Assembly: GCF_006345805.1 (NCBI RefSeq)
Contig: NC_043021.1
Location: 22,258,001 to 22,322,000, forward strand
Direction: 5' to 3'
DNA from: Octopus sinensis
Taxonomy: Eukaryota
Length of the DNA: 64,000 bases
A program made the translations under genes and the position numbers. Every line of letters begins with the position of its first letter. Within the stretch, counting starts at the first letter, position 1. The notes below the pieces were generated by a model that saw nothing but the letters and a program-made list of their open reading frames with translations, was not told the DNA's origin and did not search any database. Below are positions 41,927-55,169 of the stretch, in pieces.

Positions 41927-43254
41927 TACCAACATGGTTTCCGACCAGGGAGAAGCTGTTTAACTCAGCTCCTACAACACTATGACTGGGTGCTGAAACG
42001 GATTCTCAACCACTCAAATGTGGAAGTGATATATCTCGACTTTGCAAAGGCCGTTGATAAAGTCGATCATGGAATGATATGTCACAAACTGCGTGATCTC
42101 AACATAGTTGGAAAACTGGAGAATGGCTTCATGACTTTCTGAAAGATAGAGTCAGGTGGTAGTGGCCAATGGGGGCCCACTCCATTAACACGCAAATAGT
42201 GAGCGGTGTTCCGCAGGGCACTGTTCTGGGACCACTACTGTTCATAATGGCCCTCTCAGACATGCCCTCATCCACGCAGAGAGCCACGATCACAAGTTAT
42301 GCAGATGATACAAAAGTTTCACAGGCAATACAGAACCCTGAGGACACTAAATACCTGCAATGTGAGCTAGACAAAATATACAAGTGGGCCGAAAAGAATA
42401 GCATGCAGTTCAATGCTGAAAAGTTTCAAGCTCTATACTATCAGCATGCAAAACTAATGCAATACCCAATGAATACACTGGACCCGGAGGAATAGCAATC
42501 CCAGAGGCACAATCAGTGCGTGACCTAGGTATTTACATGAGTGATGGACGCGACCTTTCGTGTACATGTTGCTAAATTGGCAATGAAATGTAGACGACTG
42601 GCCGGATGGAATCCTCAGAACCTTTAGAACAAGAGAACAAGAAACCATGATGGTCCTCTGGAGGACACTTGTCCTAAGCCACTTTGACTACTGCTCTTAG
42701 TTATGGTCACCATCCAGTGTCAAGTTGATCACAGAGCTCGAGGCGATCCAACGTAGCTACACGAAGAAGATAGCCTCTATGCAGAATGTAAGCTACTGGG
42801 AAAGACTCAAGAGATTAAAACTATATTCCCTGGAGCGTAGGCGGGAAAGATATGCCATAATATACATCTGGAAGATCCTGGAGGGAAGTGTCCCGAACTT
42901 TGGCATCGAGAGTTACGGAAATGCCAGAACTGGGCGCCACTATAGGACAAGATTCTGTGATAGCCTGGGCTTCCGAGGCCCACAGCTCTTCAATATCCTC
43001 CCGAAGAACCTGAGAGATCTGCATGGGGTGGATGCAGATGTCTTTAAAATGAAGCTGGATCTCTTCCTGTCAGGTGTCCCAGATGACCAACTCACGGCAG
43101 GAGGGGCAGATGAGGGCAGCTGCATCGAACCTCTCATGCACCAAATGGCAGTTGCTAGAAGCCTTCGTGAAGTGAAACCAAGTAGCAACAGCAAATGGCG
43201 GTGCCCCAGCATGGCCACAGCTCATAAGCTGAAACTAGAATCAATCAATCAATC
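41927..43254 (+). mobile_element. 5'-truncated CR1-clade LINE (reverse transcriptase pseudogene + 3' UTR)
   Basis: Translates YQHGFRPGRSCLTQLL, YLDFAKAVDKVDH, SGVPQGTVLGPLLF, YADDTK, DLGI, YSLERRRER; frameshifts near 42117, 42150 and 42490; ends (TCAA)n; (TA)n on both flanks. Confidence 0.92.
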
Positions 43255-43344
43255 ATATATATATGTCGTTGCTTTTATGCAAAATGTGTCGTAAGTCCAA
43301 AACGTTGATTTTTCACAAAACAAAAAAATAGTTTCACCATTCCA

Positions 43345-43452
43345 TCCAAGGCATAGTTGACCTCGGCGGAATTTGATCCCAGAAAGTTAACACGAGTGAA
43401 ATATCGCTAAGCATTTTGCAAGTGGTGCTAACGATTCTGCCAGCTCGCTACT
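43345..43452 (-). mobile_element. SINE-A 5' fragment
   Basis: GTTGACCTCGGCGGAATTTGA...GATTCTGCCAGCTCGC. Confidence 0.75.
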
Positions 43453-43775
43453 TTCTTCTAAACAAAAGAGAGGCAGAGTTGTTGGTAGGCGTTACGAAAA
43501 TTTAGAGTTGGTTGTGTCAAGTTTAAGGATATGTTACGATAAGAGTATTTAGGCAAAGGTGTTCCGAGGTACAAGAATCAAATCCTAGGCACTTGCAAGC
43601 GGACTGTAACATTTCTTTGAACTAAACATTAATTCATGAGAAGATTACGTTGCTATACTTTCAACAGGTAAGATTTCGCACCTTATAGATCCTTACTCAA
43701 GATATTTCAATTAATTCCAATCAGGTTTGTTTTTGTACACTATATGCAATGTTGGTGTGTGCGCACGTGTATGTT

Positions 43776-43847
<72 letters not shown>

Positions 43848-44347
43848 CGTGCGTGTGTGTCAGAACGGATATGTGCAGCATTTAGTCAGACAACGTAGAA
43901 AATACTCTGTATAATTAGCGAGATTGTGTTACCAGGGCATTATAACGTATTAAATCCATTATTTATTATTATCTCAAGGGATTATTTCGAGAAACCTATC
44001 TATTTACATGGCGGAAGTGAACAGGAAACTAACAAGAATCTTTTATATCAGAATGTATCCATTTATCCTAAGACAAATTATTCGTATCAAACCTGGAGTA
44101 AGATACAGCAAAAATATGGGTTGTATTAAAACAAAGAAATGAAGGAATAGATATAAAAAAATAACAAAGAAATTAAAGAGATTCAACTGAGAATGTGAAA
44201 TGTAAGAGATAATAAGTATGTTTTTGCTTATATTTAATCTAATTAAATATGATAATCCTATTAAATAATTACCATTCACACAAACATATTTATACACACA
44301 CACAGATCCATACACACTATTGTGCAGTTGATCAATATGCATATATG

Positions 44348-44597
44348 TGGAGGTGCAATGGCCCTGTGGTTATGGCAGCGGTCGCGGTCGTCGGATCACG
44401 GTTTCAATTATCAGACCGGGCGTTGCGAGTATTTATTCAACGAAAACACCTAAAGTTCCACGACGCTCCGGCAGAGGATGGTGGCGAAACCTGCTGTCCT
44501 GTTTCACCACAACTTTCTCTCACTCTTTCTTCCTGTTGCACCTGTATTTCAAAGGGCCAAACTTGATGCACCCTGTGTCACTTTGAATCTCCCCGAA
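44348..44597 (+). mobile_element. SINE-D with partial T1 tail, diverged
   Basis: Collinear with 9613-9870. Confidence 0.8.
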
Positions 44598-44847
44598 TTC
44601 TGTGTCCTCTTTCACGTTGTCGACATATATCTACGCTATCTGGCATTATACTCTGATTGGTACAGCACACATTATGATGCTACTTCTTTCGGTTAAGCGA
44701 AGATGCCTTTTGGATGCGAAATAGATGTAGCACATGACCAACCAATGATCTTCTCTATGGAAGTTTTCCAAAGGTTCCAACGCGATTACAAAACAACGTC
44801 TCAGTATTCTGAAAATATCATCCAGAATTCACATAAAAGTGCTACCC

Positions 44848-45062
44848 CAAGGCGGTGCGCTAACAGAATCGTTAGTCCACCAGGTAAAATGCTTGGCTGC
44901 ATCTCGTCCGTCTTTACGTTCAAATCCCAACGAGGTGGACTTTGCCCTTCATTCTTTCTGGGTCGATAAAACAAGTACAAGTTCAGGACTGAGTTTGAGG
45001 ATATCGGCTTGTCCTTTTTCAATTATTTGCTGGCATTGTGACAAAAATTCGAAACCATTATG
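44848..45062 (+). mobile_element. SINE-A old-type, diverged
   Basis: GAATCGTTAG...CGAGGTGGACTTTGCCCTTCATTCTTTCTGGGTCGATAAA. Confidence 0.7.
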
Positions 45063-45689
45063 AAAGAACTATCTGTTAATGTATGGGAAAAGAATGAACG
45101 TGCCCTTTATAGTGTGACCGGAATAGCAACTAATAATATAAACATTCGCAAATAAAATAAAACGGTTTTTCAGTAAGTATAATATTATTTTCTGAAAAAT
45201 GCAGTTACGATCGGATCCAACACAATATAAAATATACAATAACATAAATTATTACATGCTAGTTCACATGGTTAATGATTTGACCAGATAATCGTTTACA
45301 AGAAATAGTGGCTCGTGAAGCTATGCGCTGTTAGTACGTAGGTTTAAATTATTTGATATAACTGAGCTTAGCGATGAACACGTTCGTTGTCACACCGAGG
45401 GAATACTTTTAAGGTAGGGGTCTGTCGAAGGAAAAAAAGTGGGTGAGATTAGATGCAAAATTAATGTTAGTGGAACGTAGACGTGTTTCTCTCTTGCGTG
45501 TATACATAACACTGGAAGAGCATATTTGTAATACTTCAGCACGACATCTATAACAAGGAATGATTGGTAGCTTTAATACCTGTCTCGTCAATAGCAGTAT
45601 ATTTCAGCTGTTGATAAATGACAAACTTCCAAGGGAATACGATGAGTTATCACCGTTATATGTGTGTATGTGTATATGCGTATTGCAGG

Positions 45690-46110
45690 GTGCATGAAGT
45701 GTCACAGAGGGTAGCACTTTTAAAGGGGTAACATCTCGCAGTCTTACGTGTGCTTCGTTTGCATTGATATCTTTCTGGCTCCCAGCTCTCACCTGTGGTT
45801 GTTAGTACTTGTCTTCGTGCAACGAGTGCCACACCCCAATAAACCGTTTCGACCCGTGGGTTAAACCACCAGGGGAGGTAGGGCTTACCTACGTCTATAT
45901 GTGAAGCCTGGCTCTGACTGACTCCAAAACGGAAGCTTAATGGTTCAACAGACCAGAAGGCGGTCACAGCAACGCAGTGGGGAGTGCCGTGGGGAAGATA
46001 ATTCAAATAAGACATCTTGTTCATCCACTGTATCGGTCTCCATCTCCAGTCGACTTGGCTTTGGGAACCCCTGCACGAGAGAGTGAGGTTGATTGTGCGC
46101 AACACAAAGC
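45690..46110. other. Unassigned higher-GC, non-repetitive island (possible non-LTR retrotransposon 5' UTR remnant)
   Basis: Composition shift relative to the flanks; no match elsewhere in the window; no recognisable protein motif. Confidence 0.3.
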
Positions 46111-46491
46111 AACCGCGCAAATCATTAGTTAAATGTCATGCACGATCACTCGATGATCCTAGTGACACCGACGAACAAACATACATCAACATTCAGATCT
46201 CGCCTTTTCACAACATGCCTTCTCCATGATAAATGATATCACCTGAGATATCGAATTCAGTTCAATTAATTCCTTTCGCATATTTCGTTTTATATTTCTA
46301 AGATTTTTGCCACTTAATTTTCTAATTCCAAGAAATATTTGTTTTTCTTTTCTTTACCTCACGCTTTTACTTCCGTTAAGTCTGAGATTTTTGTCTATTT
46401 ATTTCGCTTTCCATCTCTCTGTCTCCCTCTTTCTCTTTTTATATATCTATCTATGTGTTGGTGCATACATACACACATATATATTTATGTA

Positions 46492-46532
<41 letters not shown>

Positions 46533-47274
46533 ATGCATTTATATATATGTATTTATACATACATACTTACATACGTATGTATATATATATACATGCATAT
46601 ATATATGTGTGTATGTGTATTTATACATACATACTTACATACATATATACATACATATATGTCAGTATGTGTGTCCGTGCTTATGTAGATTTTCGTACGC
46701 ATACATACATAAATGTATACATATATATAAGCGGTAACTAAACTCTATAATTTGCTGTGCAAGAGATATTCCGATAAAAAATAATCTGTGCTCTTCCTAT
46801 TAAAGAAAATATATTCCCCTTAATCGAAAATGCTACTGTCAATTTTTGACGTCACAGGAACGCTATTATTCGTAATAACGTACGAAAGAAAATACAATCG
46901 TTTATTGTACTTTAAGCTTTAAACATATATTCAGTAGCAAACGTTAAAATCCGTATTAGCTTATATTCTTTTTCATAAATACCTCGAAATTTAAATTTGT
47001 ACATGCATATATACTCAATCATATATTCTTATATATTTGTTTCCGCATATGTGCTTATGTCTCAGGGGGATATGAGTTTTTAAACATATTCTCTCGTCCT
47101 TCCTTTCAGATAAGCTTAATTTAAATTCAATATATATATATATATATATATAGGCACTCGGTATAAACATAATACAATTTGCAAGAAGTAGTAGCGAGAT
47201 TTTTTTATTATCAATTATTACTCTGGCTTCTTGCAGTCCATTGTTGTATTCTACAGCAGTAACTTAATAATTGG

Positions 47275-47450
47275 CTCTCCGTCGGTTACGACGACGTGTG
47301 TTCCAGACGATCTAATTGACGGAAGAGTCAGTTCGTGAAATTAAATTGCAAGTGGTTGAGCACTCCACAGACACGCGTACGCTTAACGTAGTTGTAAGGG
47401 AGATTCAGCATGACAGACTGGAACAAAGCTGGACCTTTGAATTACAGGCA
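47275..47450 (-). mobile_element. Orphan T1 tail (SINE C/D type)
   Basis: CTCCGTCGGTTACGACGACG...CACTCCACAGACACG...CCTTTGAATTACAGG. Confidence 0.8.
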
Positions 47451-47761
47451 CAACACATTTATGTCTGCTGAATAGACTAGAGCCCCACCTCAGCCGAATA
47501 CTTTGTATTTGCTATCGAAAGCCTTCTATCCATGACTACCATACATTTCCTTTTCATAAAGTACGCATATGTTTATATGTATGTGTGTCTATGTTTGTGT
47601 ACATATATACATACATACATATATATATATATATAATATATATATATTATATATATATATATATATATTATTATATATATATGTGTTTGTTGTGTGTGTG
47701 TGTGTGTGGGTCTGTGTGTGTTATATGTACATATGTATGTATATGTCTATATACACCACAC

Positions 47762-47815
<54 letters not shown>

Positions 47816-48604
47816 ATTCACATATGTGTATGTGTGTGTATACGTATGTATACGTAGGTGAGTAACCTGAGTAACCCCAAGTCCTTGTTAGAACGTCATT
47901 CTAGATGAAGAAAGAAAAACTCTGATGTAAAATCTGCGAATCGATGTCAGCCAAAGATGCTGAGTATCTCTTTTTTCTGCGGTATCTCTCATCGTTGTTC
48001 GGAAATGTATCAATTGTGTGCAAGGCTTTTGCTCAATTTAAAAAGCATCATGCACTTGAAAAAGTATCATATCGTCGTCTCATACTCCAGAATACAGAAG
48101 CGGCCAGCATTTATGTATGTATTTGTAAAACCTCGTCTACAGCTAGTCCCTTGTTTCCTAACGATCGATCTCCGTTATTCCATAATGTCACTTCAATATT
48201 GGAGAACTGTGATTTGTTGAAAATTTCTCAATTCATTTATACCCACCCTCAATCTATTTTCTCCGCCCATTATTCCGGGTAGAGCCGTAGCGATAGATTA
48301 GTCCGGCACTGCCTCAATATGATCCTACCTTCCCGAAAATAGACCCCGTGTGGACCCGATCCTGGGGTCACATATCCTAACCCTTACCTTAATCCCCCAA
48401 CCACTTACTAGTCCCAAGCTTATTTTCTCGTTCTACGCGAATTCAGTTGAAGCTGCATTATACGGTCCGAACGACTTTCTTGTTAACCGCGTGAAGTACA
48501 AAATGCTGTTGTTATTTTACGAACCGTTTTCATATTGCTATGGTTTTTATAGGTCATATTCGCACCACCAAACTGGTATTTGTAGCGCACCCTAGAATCC
48601 TAAA

Positions 48605-48733
48605 ATCTACTTAAATTATCGACCACGAAAGGAAAAGTCGACCTCGGCGGAATTTGAACTCAGAACGTAACGACAGACGAAACACCGCTAAGCATTTCGC
48701 CCGGCGTGCTAACGATTCTGCCAGCTCGCCGCC
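48605..48733 (-). mobile_element. SINE-A 5' half
   Basis: Near-perfect reverse A head and body. Confidence 0.85.
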
Positions 48734-49533
48734 TTATAGTACACTCTATATTAGAATACCAACAAAACTAAATCATAAATACTAAATATTAAAACACTAT
48801 ATAAATCTAATCTGTATGGCAACATAGAACGGAAGAAAATATCATTCGTTAAAATCTAAAATTGAAAATGAAAGTAGACTCTTGAAATAAAAATGAAATC
48901 GTATAAAAATTAAGAGGAAATATTACAACGATATAATTTATGTCACACTGCGTTTAAGACAATGGAACTTTGCTTAATTTTATAGATTTAATCGTTATTC
49001 TCTCGACGGTATATCGTTGAACAAAGAAAGCATCACGGGTTGCCAGAGAAAGAAGAAAAGAATTTACTATGAAATAGGTAAAAACAAAACGGAAATCGAT
49101 GTGGTGGTAGCAGCAAAAGAGCAGTTGATTAGAGTGGTTGTGGTGAGAAAATATTGGACGTAAGATTACACGATGAATGCAAAATTGAACGAGCAAAACA
49201 AATAATTAGCAATAAATATCAACTTAAGAGTCTAACCCTTTAATGTTACAAATGCGAATGAAACGCTGACGATATTCGATCTACGTGAATCATTTTAAGC
49301 TGGTTGCTTAAAAGGAAGCTAAACAATTTAGTAAGTGATGGAAATTATGCAAATACATGAGAATCCCATAAACACGAATCCGATTAGCTTAGTTTCCAGG
49401 TAGAACCAGCTAGACAAGGTGTCCGTGCGGCTAGGCAATTTTTTCCAAATAAAAGTACATTATATTCAACGGTCTTCCACACAGTTTCCCTTCGCTTATC
49501 ATCGACTGCAGGTTATTCTTACAAAGCAACGCT

Positions 49534-50128
49534 GTCATATGCTCTGATGAGTCTAGATTTGCTGTATTTTCTGACAGTGGTCAAATGTGTGTCTGGAAGC
49601 TCTGTGATCAAGAATTTGACTTGAAAGGATTACAGCGAACAATGAAACACGGCGGCTATTGTGTGATGGCCTGGAGAGCAATTTGGAGCAATGGTTTACC
49701 AGAGTTTTGGGAGTGTGAAGGTAATATAAACTAAGATAAATGTGTCCATATTGCAGAAAGGACTCCTTACATCTTCTCCGGTGGTGAAATAATTAAAGAA
49801 GACTCTTTATCAGGGCACATTATCACACGGCTAAGAAGAAACACTATTGGTTGGAAGAGAATGGCATAATAATGCGTCCATGGTCAAGCCAGTCACCAGA
49901 TATTAACCCCATTGAACACCTCTGGGGTATAATGGGCGGAGCACTTTGAGTTCTTGTGACATCAAAAACTGACAGCAGCCTTTTCGATTGAGGGGAATAT
50001 TTTCTGTTTTTAATAGGAAGAGTACAGATTATTTTTAACAGAACATCTCTTGCAAATATAAGCACGAAATAATCCACAAAGCTAGAAAGTTTGAGACTAC
50101 TGCATGAAACTTTGGCAAGACATTCATA
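49534..50128 (+). pseudogene. Tc1-family (DD34E-type) transposase remnant
   Basis: Translates VICSDESRF...TMKHGGYCVMAW...WSSQSPDINPIEHLWG, with stops and frameshifts. Confidence 0.85.
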
Positions 50129-50488
50129 AATTTCTGCAACCACATCGTCCCTAAGATCTGGCCACTTAACTCTCCAGACTGCAAACCAATTGTTTATTAT
50201 GTGTGGGGCACAGTTGAGCAACTGACCAACAAAACTCCTTGTAACAACAAAGATGAACTGAAGGTAAGGATGAGTGCAGCATTCACCAACTTAAACAGGG
50301 AGACCGTCCAGAAGAGTTGCAGGAGATTCCGAAGTTACCTGGTGGCCATGGTTGAAACCAATGACGATTCTATTTTGTATTTCACGATATTTTTATGTAA
50401 TTTTAGTAAATATATCTGTTAAAATGAGATGTCCATGTTAATTTCATTTTTGCGTAATTTAGACGTAATTTATTTACCGAACTCTGTA
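50129..50488 (+). pseudogene. maT/DD37D transposase C-terminus + right end
   Basis: FCNHIVPKIWPLNSPDCKPIVYYVWGTVEQLTNKTPCNNKDELK...; ends GAACTCTG-TA like the copy ending at 61199. Confidence 0.85.
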
Positions 50489-51360
50489 TATATATATGTA
50501 CGTATACATATATATGTGGGTACGTGTTGTGTGGTATGTGTGCGCGTGTACGTATATATATATAGATATAGATATATATATATATATATATATATATAGT
50601 ATATATAATATATATGTTTATATGTATGTATATATATACATATATATATGTATATATATTATACATATATATATGTATATATATAGATATATGTATATAT
50701 AATATTTATATATATGTACAATATATATACATATCATATGTGTGGTGTTGTTATATTTATGTGCGTGTGTGTACGTGGTGTGGTCATGTGTGTGTGTGTG
50801 TGGTGTGTGCAGTGCGTGCATGGACTGAGATAAGAGAAAGAAATTGAACAAAAGCAAACAGACTTACAAGTACGTCGAAATTAATGAACTAGACAGATTA
50901 TCAGAAATCTAAATGAGAAAAAAAAAACTGAATAGAAAGGATTATTAGAAACGAACTAGATTAATACTTAAAGGTAGTTAAATGCAAAAAGAAATAACTG
51001 GAACTAAAAAAATAAAAGTTAGATACCTGATATCAATACTAGAAGTGCTTCTGCTCTAAGTTACGCCTATCGTATTTTTAGTAAAGAAAATTTCCAGCAG
51101 TCGATAGTAAAAGCGGCAAAAATAAGAAATTTTCATACAATACATACATACATACAACCTACATGAACGCACATATGCGTGTATATATATTATGTATATA
51201 TATATATATGTATATATATATTATATATATATATATATATATAATATATATATATATGTATATATATATATAGTATATGTATATATTATAGGTATATATA
51301 TATATATATTATATATATATATATATAACATACGATATATAACGATATATATGTATATAT

Positions 51361-51649
51361 AGTGACCGACCACCCATCAGATGTTGTTACACATCGCTGT
51401 TCACAATGTGTACGCATTGTTTTAGCCTTCGAATGACGCCACCCCGCTGGCTAAGCGAGCAGGCCACCAACAAAGGAAGAGTGGGAAGAAAGTGGGGGAA
51501 GAGTACAGCATGGATCACCACCCCCTGCCGGAGTCTCGTGGAGCTTTTAGTGTTTTTCGCTCAATAAACAATCACAAACGCCCGTCTGGGAAACGATCCT
51601 GCGACCGCGAGTCCGCTGCCCTAACCACTAGGCCATTGCGCCTCCACCA
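51361..51649 (-). mobile_element. SINE-D with third tail T3
   Basis: D head, then after the pyrimidine tract GGTGGCCTGCTCGCTTAGCCAGCGGGGTGGCGTC...GGTCGGTCACT. Confidence 0.8.
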
Positions 51650-51695
51650 ATATATATATATATATATATTATATAATAGTATGTGTGTGTGTGTG

Positions 51696-51726
<31 letters not shown>

Positions 51727-52450
51727 GTGTGTGTGTGGTGTGTGTGTGTATATGTATGTAGTATATAGATACATAGATAATAAATAAATAAATGGAGTTC
51801 AACGCAGGTGTTATTCAACTGTTTATACTTCCGATATATGTTTCGATGAAAATATTGGTATTATTCCAGAAGGAATAAATGATGTAAAACAATGTGATCT
51901 TCTCATCAGGAAATAAAAACAAAAGAAGCCAAACACATCGATAAGTCATTTTAACAGAATGTAATGATCGCGTATATGATAAAGGGAAATCTGGTAAGTT
52001 ATGTTTTATAAAAAAAAAATAACGTTAATAGATATAACGTCAAAGGCAATTAATAGAAAGAGGAGGAGAAGGAAAGAAATAAGCAGAAAACTAATAGTGG
52101 AGAAATATAGAGCGGCAGGTGAATAGGAATTCAGCTTAACGACATAGAAATACGTATACCTAGTGGAAATGAAATGTATGAAGACAGTTAAACGATAAGC
52201 GAGTTCTTTAAACGTGTTTATAAGAGGATTCTCCGAGAGAAGGATGAAATACAGCTCATCGTTACAGAGCGAAAAGATTTGCCATTATCATAAGGAAAGG
52301 AGTTAGAATATTTCACTCTAAATCAAAATGTTTATTACGTTCCTTAACACACCCAATTAATATATAGAGCCCATTATTGTTGTGTTTATTATAAAATGAA
52401 TATATATATATATATAGATATATATATATATATGTATGTATCTATGTTGC

Positions 52451-52505
<55 letters not shown>

Positions 52506-52538
52506 ATATATGCATGCATAAATACGTGTCTATGTATG

Positions 52539-52569
<31 letters not shown>

Positions 52570-52879
52570 TATATCTAGAGATAAGAAGTTTGTTTGGTAA
52601 AGCACGTGGGTGAATATATAAGAAAATAGTAAAGTGTGAAAAACGACAGAAGGCTTAAATGTTTAAAATATATATATTTGTGTCAAAATGTCTGGAGAAT
52701 ATTGGAAAAATTTTTTTTCCCCTTCCTTAAAATGACATTATTTTAAAATTTTTAAAGAAATTACCGGTTTCGCGTGTAGCTTTTCAAAGAAATTTGAAAA
52801 GCTACACGTGATCATGATGCCGTGACCAGCTGCAAATCTCACAGCTGGCGATCTGACTAATGAACTGAGACTTAGGTTC

Positions 52880-53335
52880 AATTCTCTGACCATACGTGAA
52901 GTAGGAGGATTCAGCACTTTACCATAATTCTCTGGGAAGAATCAGATGTGTTTATCGGAGAATGTCTACCACTTCACCAGCGTCACATTTCGGTGATCTA
53001 GCTCCACCAATTATATTGTGATACATTTCTATGTGTATGACGTGTTTGATAAAGACAGCAACCACACTGCCTGCAACACCACGGCTGAGTTGTTGGCCTA
53101 GATGAAGGAGATATTCGAAAACCTCATCAGTGTTACCGCGAGAAACACGTGAACATGGTTCAGGAGACGTGTTAAGGACGAGGCTGAAGCTGAGTGTGCC
53201 TGCTTCGAGTAAACTATTATCTCTAAGCCATAATCAATTTCATATTTTTGATTTCCTATAATAATTTCATTTTTAGATAGATTATTAAGTTTCCTGTTCC
53301 TATTAAAATGTCAAAATTCGCCCTAACACCAATAT
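52880..53335 (+). pseudogene. Diverged maT/DD37D transposase C-terminus (different subfamily)
   Basis: EDSA...LSENVYHFTS...FYVYDVFDKDSNHTACNTTAELLA*MKEIFENL...FRRRV...EAE..FE*. Confidence 0.7.
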
Positions 53336-53416
53336 TTCACATCAGCTTTGTATGACAAATGGAAGCTAAGAAGGAACTCAAAACTTAAAATAAAATGTTT
53401 ATTTATTTGAGGTCAC

Positions 53417-53557
53417 GGGCGTTGCTGTGTTATAGGATGAATGATTCCTAACCACCTGGTTCTGAGTTCAGTCCCACTGCGTGGCACCTTGGACAACGGT
53501 CTTCTTTGACAGCATTGAGCCGACCAGGTCTTTGTGAGTCGATTCCTTGAACGGAAG
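53417..53557 (+). mobile_element. Degraded SINE-B 5' half
   Basis: GTTCAGTCCCACTGCGTGGCACCTTGGACAA...CCGACC. Confidence 0.7.
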
Positions 53558-53780
53558 GAAATAGATTGTATTTATTTGGCACATGATACGCATGTTAGCC
53601 TATCCACAGGTTAATCTTCCGTTTCGCATTGCGTGAGATTCTGTATTGGGATGAATTTGCGAATCTACTACTTGGCTTCATCTTTCGTTACATGCCGTGT
53701 CTTACAGTGCTTATATGTAAGTACGTATGCACGAATATAGTTTATATATATACCCTACACCAAATACATACATAAATACT

Positions 53781-53813
<33 letters not shown>

Positions 53814-54146
53814 TATATATTATATATAATATAATATATATACATATATATACATAGATACATACATAGTATATTATACATAATATTTACATATATACAT
53901 GTAAATGTATCTACTCTCATGCTAATACATATAATACATATATCATATACATATCAAATACTTATATGTGCGTGTGTATAATTCTTTGAATAAACACATA
54001 AATATATATACATACACACGGGTACATATTATTCAATGCATTCGCTTATCAGAATATTAGGTGTGAAATTTCAACTTACAATAATTGTAGATACGTTTCA
54101 CACTTTCATATATATTATGTATATGAATGTATGCATATATATTATC

Positions 54147-54177
<31 letters not shown>

Positions 54178-54179
54178 GA

Positions 54180-54210
<31 letters not shown>

Positions 54211-54382
54211 CTATATTTCGTGCACATATCGATATATATGAAAAGTTTATTTAACGTTTATTTTTGTTGCTTTTTAATTTTCATTCTTGCTATTTCCAAT
54301 GTTTTCCCCTCTTCACCTGTTTTATATATAAGTACATATGTCTGTATATATATATATATAAGTATATATATATGGATATATA

Positions 54383-54415
<33 letters not shown>

Positions 54416-54674
54416 ATTGAATATACATATATATATATATAGAATATACATATATATATATGCATATACTTAATGTATGTGTATATATATGTATGTATAT
54501 ATACATATTGATGATATCTCTTATATATGCTATTCGTGATCGTACGATACATGCGTGTATTGTGATTGCATGTGAATATATGCGCATATTACTGGCGTAT
54601 GTTGTTGATTATTTGATGTTTGTTACTTCTATCATATACATATATACATACATACATATATATATATATACACA

Positions 54675-54720
<46 letters not shown>

Positions 54721-54769
54721 ACATATATATATACATATACACACACATAAACATGATTATATATATATG

Positions 54770-54801
<32 letters not shown>

Positions 54802-55169
54802 CGCTCTTCTGGAGAGACCTAACGCGCGTGTGAGGATGTTTTAATAGTCGTGTATATCTCTACGTGATATTTTTGATTGAATATCTATTTGATATAATTT
54901 TCTTAATTCGACTCGTACTCGCCCTCATCACCAACGGATCGATCAACAATGACCGAAGCCAGTAGCAATTGAAAGAACAATGAAGACGGTGTTCGTGCGG
55001 TGTGTGTGTTATATTGAATGAACGCCCACTGATATATATTTTTAACATGATAATTCTGTTTATTTATTTCGTTGAAATGCAGATTAGATTTGGAAATTCA
55101 GTTTAGAATTCTCTCAAGAGAAAATAGCTTTCGACTTCACCTTAATTTCCAAACTTTTTTTGTTTTTTT

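Noticed and set aside
47944-48282. 112-aa non-repetitive ORF
   Set aside because: No recognisable domain in any frame I read, no splice or paralogue support; left unassigned.
49844-50221. 125-aa minus-strand ORF
   Set aside because: Antisense to the Tc1 and maT transposase remnants.
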